Shown here: piece by piece, positions 9,255 to 16,916 of the stretch | How the letters are laid out: each line of letters starts with the position of its first letter | Position numbering within the stretch: the first letter of the stretch is position 1 | Source of the DNA: Prolixibacteraceae bacterium | GTDB taxonomy: Bacteria; Bacteroidota; Bacteroidia; Bacteroidales; Prolixibacteraceae | DNA: 64,000 nucleotides | Assembly (NCBI GenBank): GCA_035353695.1 | Contig: DAOQAB010000005.1 | Location: 6,114 to 70,113, forward strand | Reading direction: 5' to 3' | The notes under the pieces: model-generated | Told to the model about the DNA's origin: nothing | What the model saw: only the letters and a program-made list of their open reading frames with translations | Database searches by the model: none | Program-made: the position numbers and the translations under genes

Positions 9255-12200
9255 TTAGAATGATATGTTCAGACCCAGGTTGAAGGCGCGTGTTGCCGGC
9301 ATTTTACCGCCACGAACATCGCGGTTGTCGGGGTCGAGATACTTTTCGACCGACCACATATACAGGTTGTTTGATGACAAGTAAACCCTTGCGCCCGATA
9401 CACTAATTTTGCGCATCAGGTTTTGAGGCAGGGTGTAGCCAACTTCCAGGTTCTTGATGCGCACATAGGTGCCAGAACCCGCTTCATAGGTTGAATAGTA
9501 GCGTTCGTTATTTTTCCAGGTTTTCCCGTAGAAGCGGGTAAACTGAGCATTGTCGGCTATTTCGGGAGCCCAATAATAGTTGTGTTTATCAAATACGTTG
9601 GAGTTGTTTGAAAAAGCCCACATGATTTCCCATTGTTTCATGAATAGTGCATGGGTTGATCCTTGCACCAGCATCGAAAAGTCGAAGGATTTCCAGGTTC
9701 CGCCAATGGTAAGTCCATATTGGATTTCAGGAACCGTGCCGTAGCCCTGACGGTATGCATCGGCTTCGTCGATCACGCCATCGTTGTTGAAGTCCTCGAA
9801 TTTCAGGTCGCCGGGAACAACTTCGACGTTACCTGATAAACCACCGTTGGTGCCAATTTGGGTGGGACTGTTCTGTATCTCTTCATAGCTGGAGAAATAG
9901 CCCAAACATTTCCACATACGGGGTGTGCCAATGGCATAACCCTCTTCTTTCTGATAGGGAAGAAGTCCTTCGGCATCGGCCTTTTTCAAGATTTTATTGC
10001 GGTTGAAAGTAAAGTTGCCATTTACATAGTAGGAGAAGCTATCTGATATTTTTTTCTCATGTTTCAACTCAACCTCAAATCCCTGATTTTGGGTTTCACC
10101 AATATTGGCTACTTTGAAATCGGCACCAACATATTCGGGCTTTATCGCGCTGATGTCGGTAAGGATTTTGTTCCGGTATTCATAGAAATAATCGAAATTC
10201 AGGCTGAAAAGACCGTTAAAAAAGTCGGTTTCGAAGCCAATGTTTTCTTTTCGGGCCACTTCCCACGAAACATCTTTGTTGGCAATAGCCCCTTGTTGAA
10301 TGCCTGTGTAATAGTTGTTACCCACACCAAACGTGGCACCGCCACCCGATAAATATTCCTGTAAATAGAGAAAACGTACCGGGTTGTTATCGGAATCGGT
10401 GTATTTATCATTTCCGACCCATCCAAGGGAAGCCCTTAGTTTCAATTTTGATACAACTTTTGAAAGAGGTTTCATAAACGGTTCTTCGCTGATGAGCCAA
10501 CCAGCAGCAAAAGCAGGGAAGAAGCCATAGCGGCTTTCTTTCGGGAAGTTTTCCGATCCGTTGTAGCCAACGTTTACTTCTCCAAAATAGCGTCGGTCAT
10601 AATCGTACGTCACACGTCCAACCAGCCCCTGATCGGCATAAGCAACTTCGTTGTTTTTGATCAGTTCATTTCGGTTTCCGAGGAGCAGACCAGTAACAGT
10701 GTGTTTGCCAAAAGAATGGTCATAACTGAGTCCGCCTTCCATGTATATTTTGTACCAGTTGTAGTTTTTAGCTACGCCACTATAAGTGAGCGGGCGATTT
10801 TCACCATATTGGGTATAGGTGTCGGTAGCCATGTCGTATACGTATTCGGCCGTTTCATGGGTCCATGAGCGACCCACTTCACCCTGGGTGTCGAACGAAA
10901 TTTTTGCCCTGGCAGTAAGGCCTTTGGTAATGAAATCGAGTTTTTCGGTTAGCCCAAAACTCGATTCGAGGGTGCTGGTAACATCTTTGTAGATAGCTGC
11001 TTCATTTAGCGCTCTGACAATGTTTACGCTGCCATTTCCGCCATAGGATCCGTCAGGATTATAAATCGGATAGGCGCGGCCCGAATAGGAAAATGCTGCA
11101 CGGTACACATCCCAACTACTCCAGATGGTGTTATTGGGTGAATTCAGTTTTTCGACACGGGCACCAATACTAAGCGATGCGCTGAGGTTTTGGGAGATAT
11201 CGGCATCGAGGTTGCTTCTGAAGTTGAAGCGGGAATAGCGGGTCAGGTCGTCGTTTTTATAGAACCCGTTTTGGTTGAGAAAACCACCCGATACGAAGTA
11301 TCTGATGGTTTTGGTGCCACCCGATACGTTGATGTTGTATTGTTGTTGAGACGAATATTTCTTCATTACCTTGTCGATCCAGTCGATATCGGGGTGTGTC
11401 CAGGGTGAAGCGCCCGTGCGCCATAAGATCAGGTCGTCGGCCGTAGTTCCGCCTTTAACCTGGGCCGTGCGGGTGTTGAATTGCCCCCAGTCGGCAAGGT
11501 ATTGCAGGCACATTGCATCATAGGCGCTCAATGGTTGGGGTATATTAATAGGTTGCGTAACTGCATCCTGAACGGTAATGTTGATTTTGGGTTTCCCTAA
11601 AGCGCCACGTTTCGTGGTAATGATGATAACCCCGTTGGCGCCTTTCACACCATATACGGCAGTTGCTGACGCATCTTTCAATATGTTAATGGATTGGATT
11701 TCGTTTGGGTCGATTTTGGCAAATTCCGAACGCACAATCCCGTCGACGACATACAATGGTGTGGCATTGTTCCAGGTGGCCATTCCCCTTACGTACACAT
11801 CGGCCACATCGTTGCCAACTTCACCTGAGCTTTGAACTACCTGTACTCCCGAAAGCTTTCCGGTCAATGTTTGTGAAATATTGGATGCTGGAATACTGAC
11901 AAGCTTTTTATTGTCGATTGATGAAATCGATCCAACCACCGATTCTTTTTTCTGGAGACCATATCCAACCACCACCACATCGGCAAGTTGCTGGTGTTGT
12001 TCTTTTAGCTGGACATTTATTAGGCTGTTGGCCCCAATTTCGGTTTCGTAGGTTTCATATCCGATGAAGCTGAACTGAAGGGTTTGATTTGGCCCGCCAG
12101 GGATTTCTATGGTATATTCTCCATTGATATCGGTGATTGTTCCTCTGGTTGTTCCTTTAAGGAAGACCGTAACCCCAACGATTCCCTCGTTCGATTCGGT

Positions 12201-12299
12201 ATCGATTACCTTTCCTGATACTTTCCGGTTTTGTTGAGCATAAGCGGAGGCCAACGAAACGAGAAAAGCCATTATTATTAGAAATGTTATTTTCTTCAT
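9255..12299 (-). CDS. SusC/RagA family TonB-dependent transporter (second pair)
   Basis: 1014 aa, with the N-domain RKVSGKVIDTESNEGIVGVTVFLKG and the plug motif GANGVIIITTKRG. The C-terminus reads ...FNLGLNISF. Confidence 0.9.
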   Translation of the reverse strand: MKKITFLIIMAFLVSLASAYAQQNRKVSGKVIDTESNEGIVGVTVFLKGTTRGTITDINGEYTIEIPGGPNQTLQFSFIGYETYETEIGANSLINVQLKEQHQQLADVVVVGYGLQKKESVVGSISSIDNKKLVSIPASNISQTLTGKLSGVQVVQSSGEVGNDVADVYVRGMATWNNATPLYVVDGIVRSEFAKIDPNEIQSINILKDASATAVYGVKGANGVIIITTKRGALGKPKINITVQDAVTQPINIPQPLSAYDAMCLQYLADWGQFNTRTAQVKGGTTADDLILWRTGASPWTHPDIDWIDKVMKKYSSQQQYNINVSGGTKTIRYFVSGGFLNQNGFYKNDDLTRYSRFNFRSNLDADISQNLSASLSIGARVEKLNSPNNTIWSSWDVYRAAFSYSGRAYPIYNPDGSYGGNGSVNIVRALNEAAIYKDVTSTLESSFGLTEKLDFITKGLTARAKISFDTQGEVGRSWTHETAEYVYDMATDTYTQYGENRPLTYSGVAKNYNWYKIYMEGGLSYDHSFGKHTVTGLLLGNRNELIKNNEVAYADQGLVGRVTYDYDRRYFGEVNVGYNGSENFPKESRYGFFPAFAAGWLISEEPFMKPLSKVVSKLKLRASLGWVGNDKYTDSDNNPVRFLYLQEYLSGGGATFGVGNNYYTGIQQGAIANKDVSWEVARKENIGFETDFFNGLFSLNFDYFYEYRNKILTDISAIKPEYVGADFKVANIGETQNQGFEVELKHEKKISDSFSYYVNGNFTFNRNKILKKADAEGLLPYQKEEGYAIGTPRMWKCLGYFSSYEEIQNSPTQIGTNGGLSGNVEVVPGDLKFEDFNNDGVIDEADAYRQGYGTVPEIQYGLTIGGTWKSFDFSMLVQGSTHALFMKQWEIMWAFSNNSNVFDKHNYYWAPEIADNAQFTRFYGKTWKNNERYYSTYEAGSGTYVRIKNLEVGYTLPQNLMRKISVSGARVYLSSNNLYMWSVEKYLDPDNRDVRGGKMPATRAFNLGLNISF

Positions 12300-12320
12300 A
12301 GAAGTTTTGTTTCCAGGTTA

Positions 12321-13007
12321 TCAATAATTTTCTCTTTTGAATGTAAACACGTAAGTTTTCAAAGTCTGAAACTCTTTCCGTATGATCCAATAGTTGTCAT
12401 CGGTAACCAATTTTGGACTGTAGTTGATCGATCCGCTGCTTACCTGTTTTAATTCAATGAAATCGGCTGGATCGGGTGCGAAAATGAAGGCATATTTTTT
12501 CTCGCCAACGAATGTTTTAAGCCGGATCTCCATTACCTCGTCGGTTAATTGCAGAATGGTAAATCTCGATTGAATATGGTATTTGTTCCATTGCTTTTTT
12601 ACACTGGTGAGCGTGTCGATAATTGTTTGGTTATTGGCATCTTTCTTATACGAAAGGTTCACTTTGCTGCTATCGCTGGTTAATGTGGGGACAAACTGCC
12701 ACTTGTCGGTCGTAAAATTGATCCATTGGCCATCGAGCATGCTCCATGTTCCATAAAAAGAGGTTGGCCCGTCGCCATTGTTGTAATCTTTAAATGCCTG
12801 ATGATAATATCGGCATACCCCATTGGGCTCAATCAATATTTTGCATGCTTCCTGTTCAGGGGTAAGAGCCATTTGCTCTCCATCCTCTGTAACCGAGACT
12901 TGTTGCCAAAGTCCAGTAGCCGAGCTTTCGGTAAATTCATCTTCCTGGCATGAAGAAAGATAAAATATCGGCAGAAACAGGACCAGAAGTTTATATAATG
13001 TCTTCAT
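12321..13007 (-). CDS. lipocalin-like lipoprotein, function unknown
   Basis: Lipobox FYLSSCQEDEF followed by GLWQQVSVTEDG. It is a paralog of the next gene and lies 21 nt upstream of susC. Confidence 0.7.
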   Translation of the reverse strand: MKTLYKLLVLFLPIFYLSSCQEDEFTESSATGLWQQVSVTEDGEQMALTPEQEACKILIEPNGVCRYYHQAFKDYNNGDGPTSFYGTWSMLDGQWINFTTDKWQFVPTLTSDSSKVNLSYKKDANNQTIIDTLTSVKKQWNKYHIQSRFTILQLTDEVMEIRLKTFVGEKKYAFIFAPDPADFIELKQVSSGSINYSPKLVTDDNYWIIRKEFQTLKTYVFTFKRENY

Positions 13008-13022
13008 TCTTTCTTGTTTTAT

Positions 13023-13472
13023 TCAAAAATCGATGTTGGCGATACTTTCGTAATTGATCATTGTTCTGGAGATGTTACCTGCCGAATTGAAGTCAACCCT
13101 CTCGAGGTTTAGCTTGTTGTTTCCGGTAGTAACTGTGTAGGATGCAGGAAGATCGGTTGCAATATTTAAGAGACCTCCACTGATATTCCATCCTGATCTG
13201 GTGATAATGTTCCCCGTTTTCCGTGTTGAAGCAGTGGAGTCACAAATGATGCAGATGTTGTTTGAATTGATTTGTATGACCAGCCTGGTGCTGTCGATAG
13301 AAGACGATTTACCATCGATGGTTCTGGATACCTGCTGCCAGGTTCCCAGCAACGGGGTGATATCATAATCGTCAGATTCTTTTTCGCATGAAAAACCTAT
13401 CAGTAAGAGAAAAGATAACATGCCGGTTAAAAAGAGCCTGGAACGGAAATAATCTTTCTTTTTAGTAGTCAT
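13023..13472 (-). CDS. lipocalin-like lipoprotein, function unknown
   Basis: Lipobox LIGFSCEKESDD followed by GTWQQVSRTIDG, the same motif as its neighbour. It is the first gene after a hairpin terminator. Confidence 0.7.
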   Translation of the reverse strand: MTTKKKDYFRSRLFLTGMLSFLLLIGFSCEKESDDYDITPLLGTWQQVSRTIDGKSSSIDSTRLVIQINSNNICIICDSTASTRKTGNIITRSGWNISGGLLNIATDLPASYTVTTGNNKLNLERVDFNSAGNISRTMINYESIANIDF

Positions 13473-13520
13473 ATAGTTAGTTGTTGCGTTCGGTAATAAC
13501 TTTAAGAAAAACCTTCAAAA

Positions 13521-13575
13521 AGATTAGAAAAGGGAGAAGAAAACTCATCTCCCTTTAAAAACTAGAATCTAATCT
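13521..13575 (-). terminator. nested hairpin terminator after the 481-aa gene
   Basis: The inner stem is GGGAGA (13532-13537) with TCTCCC (13548-13553). The outer stem is AGATTAGA (13521-13528) with TCTAATCT (13568-13575). On the minus strand the inner stem is followed by TTTTCT. The structure starts 4 nt after the stop codon. Confidence 0.5.
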
Positions 13576-13578
13576 TAC

Positions 13579-15024
13579 TTATCTAACTAAAATTTTGGAA
13601 CAAGAAACTATTTTGTCTTTTGAAATGGCTTTAACTAAGTAAATTCCTTTCTGATTAACCGGTATTTCGGTTCTTACGCCGGTTGCGTTCATTTTTCCAA
13701 TTTTTGCACCGGTCAGGCTAAAGAGTTCAACCGATTGGGCGTTTCCTTCGACAACGATATTTCTGGTCGAAGCATAAATCTTCAGAGAAGAGGTATTTTT
13801 TGTAACCACCGATGTTGCTTCTCCAACTTCACGCTGATCTTCACTGCCGTTGATCACTGCATCGTCGAGGTAGAAAATCCCTGCGGGTGAATTGATGTAG
13901 TTGTCGGATTCGTCGCGGCGAACATCGAAGCGAACCTGAAATTCGGAAACGTATCCCAAAGACGTAACATCCAATACACAGTCAACCCACTTCCCGGCAT
14001 CATCAGACCAGTATTTAATTGCATCGCCGCTGTCGATTTGATTTCCGGAGAAATCTTTGGCGTTCAGTTGAACGACATAGTAATCTTTTCCTTCTTCAAT
14101 GGAAGGAATGTTTACATAGAGATGCAAGAAAGCAGATGTACCATCGGTACCTACCGGGAGAGATCCGTTGAGCACAAAACGCGGGCCACCCTGCCACCAG
14201 GAAGCATTTGCACTTTTATTGAATTTCATGATTGAATCGAGTGGCGACTTGGTCGATTGATCGGTGAAAGTGTTGGCAATCATTTCAGAACTATTTTCAG
14301 CATTTTGCAGGTCCAGCGTTGCGACATATTGATTGACTGAAGCGCTGTTTCCGAGGTTAACTTCAATTTCCTTTTCGGCGTATAAATTGATGCCGCGGGG
14401 CAAATTGCTGTTGTTGAGAACAATTTCGTCCCAGTAGTAGTTGGTTGCCGATTCGGTTTCACTACCCCAGTTCCGGTCGACCAGGAAGTTTACGGCTTCA
14501 AGAGATTGACTGTTGTCGATGAACCATTTGAGGTCAATAACAACATCTTCCCAGGTTCCTGCTTTGCTTAAATCCAGGTCGAAACGCCGTGTGCCTTTTT
14601 CAGGGTCTTCAACCCAGTCTCCATTGCCTGAAAGGTAGACGGTAAAGCCTTTGTTTAAATTTTCACGGTAATGATAGATGTGTAAGTACCGGTTATCCTC
14701 GGTAATAGCAATCGGATTGGTTAACGTCATGGTAAGAAAATCGGGCCACCAGCTATGTCCCTTTAGCGAATACATGTGCATCGCTTTGTCCGTAGTGTTC
14801 TTACCTGTTTTGTTTGGATTGTCGGTAACTTCGGTAAATGCAGGCTCTGCGTCGGTACCGAAATTGACGTAATTACTGGCTGCGTCTCCCATTCCCCAGG
14901 AGATGATGTCCATGCGGGAAAACATACTCGTTGTTTTATCCCCCGAGAATAGTACCGTTTCTGCAGCAAACGATGCAACTGATAAAGCGAACAGTGCAAT
15001 TGAGAGTGTAAAAATTTTTTTCAT
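13579..15024 (-). CDS. secreted non-catalytic protein with two tandem beta-sandwich (CBM-like) modules and a T9SS C-terminal sorting domain
   Basis: It has a signal peptide. Two modules are visibly related (HSWWPDF...YLHIYHY...GTWEDVVIDL versus ASWWQGG...FLHLYVN...GKWVDCVLDV). The C-terminus ...KGIYLVKAISKDKIVSCSKILVR is typical of a type A T9SS CTD. Confidence 0.75.
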   Translation of the reverse strand: MKKIFTLSIALFALSVASFAAETVLFSGDKTTSMFSRMDIISWGMGDAASNYVNFGTDAEPAFTEVTDNPNKTGKNTTDKAMHMYSLKGHSWWPDFLTMTLTNPIAITEDNRYLHIYHYRENLNKGFTVYLSGNGDWVEDPEKGTRRFDLDLSKAGTWEDVVIDLKWFIDNSQSLEAVNFLVDRNWGSETESATNYYWDEIVLNNSNLPRGINLYAEKEIEVNLGNSASVNQYVATLDLQNAENSSEMIANTFTDQSTKSPLDSIMKFNKSANASWWQGGPRFVLNGSLPVGTDGTSAFLHLYVNIPSIEEGKDYYVVQLNAKDFSGNQIDSGDAIKYWSDDAGKWVDCVLDVTSLGYVSEFQVRFDVRRDESDNYINSPAGIFYLDDAVINGSEDQREVGEATSVVTKNTSSLKIYASTRNIVVEGNAQSVELFSLTGAKIGKMNATGVRTEIPVNQKGIYLVKAISKDKIVSCSKILVR

Positions 15025-15117
15025 AAGAAATCGTTTATTAATATTAATACAAGTAGTGTTTTTGTTTTTACTAGTTTGATCGCAAATTTCAGAAAGAGTA
15101 TTTTTTTCTTATTTCAC

Positions 15118-15149
15118 TATTGTAACAAACAGTTTCGATATTGTACCAA
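15118..15149. promoter_or_regulatory. direct repeat TATTGTA[A/C]CAA x2 with 21-bp spacing (candidate operator)
   Basis: TATTGTAACAA lies at 15118-15128 and TATTGTACCAA at 15139-15149, in the 145-bp gap upstream of the 481-aa gene. The 10-mer TATTGTAACA recurs at 24722-24731. Confidence 0.35.
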
Positions 15150-15169
15150 CTGCTGTTATTCGTCTGAAT

Positions 15170-16903
15170 CTATTCCAAAACCGCTATTTTATTTGTCTGT
15201 ACAGCTTTGTTTATATTTGTGTTAATTAGATACATACCTTTGGCTAGACTGATTTGAGTAACTCCTTTTGCCGGAATCTTACTTTTTGGTTTTACCAATT
15301 TCCCGGTGGAACTGTAAATTGAAATGGAGACGGAAGATGCTCCCGGAAAATTGGTGTAAAGATTTCCGTTTGAATAGTAGATGCTACCGTTTTTTTTTGC
15401 ATCGAAGGAGGAATTTGTTGTGGTTTGGTTAATCGGAATGATAAACGTTACGACGGATTGGGGTTGCTGATTGTAATCAAACGAGCTCCCGGAAATGGTA
15501 AGCAGATCTTTGGAATTTTTAATGCCCAATGACTCCTGTGCACGGGTACGATATTGGGTCACTTTCCCGAATCCGGAGAAATTGGAAAGGTCAATGGTGT
15601 AGCTTCGGGAAGTGGTTTCGCTGTTGCTTATTACCAGCACGAGCTCTTTTTGATTGGGGCTTAGTGCGGCCAAACTGTTTTCTTCGCTGCTTTTAATAAT
15701 TGTATATCCGGTTTTGAGATAACGGCTGAATTGGGCGCGCATATAGAAATTGGTATTTCGGGTAACGGGGTGGAGGTTATCGGTGTAGTCGCTGATAAAG
15801 AGTGCCCATGCATTGTCCGGGCTGGTTCCGCTTCCTCCCAGTTGCCAATCGCACCATGCCGAACATTTTAGGTCCCTAAAATCAGTTATGATCCGATCGG
15901 CCATGATCATGACTTGCGATTCGTAACTGTCGCCCACATATAAAGGTCCCGATTCTGATTGCCAGAGTTTTTTGCCGTTGTTTTGAGCCCAGTCGCCCAG
16001 TAGTTGCCGGTTGTTTCCTCCGTAGGAGTGAACCGATACCATGTCGAGCATTGGCAGAACGTCGGCGGCTATTGCTTTGTAGACCAGTAGTGAACTGTAA
16101 GCATTGTCGATTGAATTAGCATCGTTTGCTGTTATGTGGCAGTAAGAAAGCATCTCTTTTTTTTGCAGGCTGGCATAAAGTTCCCTGATCATGCTTGCTT
16201 GTTCCGAATTTGAAAAGTGGCAGCCTTCCTGTCCTCCAAGCTCTTTCCACCAGTTGGTTTCGGGCTCATTGAACGGTTCAATATAGTTGAAGGTTATTCC
16301 CAAACTATCGTGATAATACCTGACCACTTCGGTTAGGTAATCGGCAAAGTCGTCAAACATCTCCGATTTTAAGTTGCATACATTTCCATCGGCATTACCG
16401 GCAGAGCAACCACTTTTGGTCATCCAATAGGGTGGCGAGTTTGAAAAGCCAATAATCTGGATGTCGTTTATTCCCGCTTTTGAGATTCGGGATTCGATCA
16501 GTTGTGCCAGTATCTTTCTCTGGTTCGCATCCTGAGTCCAATCGAAAGCTAAAGTGTCAGATGCTTTATATCCGGGCATGTTTCCTCCATCGCTGCGCAT
16601 GTGATTGTGCGACGGATCGTCTCCTCCACCAATATTGAAGCGAAAAACGTTCATGTTAAGCCCGTTTACCGGATCGGTTATCCAGTCGCAGATTGTTTTG
16701 ACCTTTGAATCAGGAAATCCACCCATGATATTTGCCCACCAGCAAAGTGAAGCGCCCCAGCCTTCAATGACCGGTCCTTTTTGAGCAGGATCAATCGTTA
16801 CGGATGTTCCAGCATCTGCATCCGAACTGGCGATTGCCGGTTTGGATACAAACAGGTATAGTAAAATTATAAGAATGAACGATATGAGCGTTGATATTTT
16901 CAT
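15170..16903 (-). CDS. glycoside hydrolase family 30-like enzyme with T9SS C-terminal domain
   Basis: Motifs GWGASLCWW, FRFNIGGGD and the acid/base region IEPFNEPETNWW fit a GH30-type (beta/alpha)8 fold. The C-terminus ...GMYLINTNINKAVQTNKIAVLE is CTD-like. The subfamily is not assignable by eye. Confidence 0.75.
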   Translation of the reverse strand: MKISTLISFILIILLYLFVSKPAIASSDADAGTSVTIDPAQKGPVIEGWGASLCWWANIMGGFPDSKVKTICDWITDPVNGLNMNVFRFNIGGGDDPSHNHMRSDGGNMPGYKASDTLAFDWTQDANQRKILAQLIESRISKAGINDIQIIGFSNSPPYWMTKSGCSAGNADGNVCNLKSEMFDDFADYLTEVVRYYHDSLGITFNYIEPFNEPETNWWKELGGQEGCHFSNSEQASMIRELYASLQKKEMLSYCHITANDANSIDNAYSSLLVYKAIAADVLPMLDMVSVHSYGGNNRQLLGDWAQNNGKKLWQSESGPLYVGDSYESQVMIMADRIITDFRDLKCSAWCDWQLGGSGTSPDNAWALFISDYTDNLHPVTRNTNFYMRAQFSRYLKTGYTIIKSSEENSLAALSPNQKELVLVISNSETTSRSYTIDLSNFSGFGKVTQYRTRAQESLGIKNSKDLLTISGSSFDYNQQPQSVVTFIIPINQTTTNSSFDAKKNGSIYYSNGNLYTNFPGASSVSISIYSSTGKLVKPKSKIPAKGVTQISLAKGMYLINTNINKAVQTNKIAVLE

Positions 16904-16916
16904 TATCCAATTTTAA

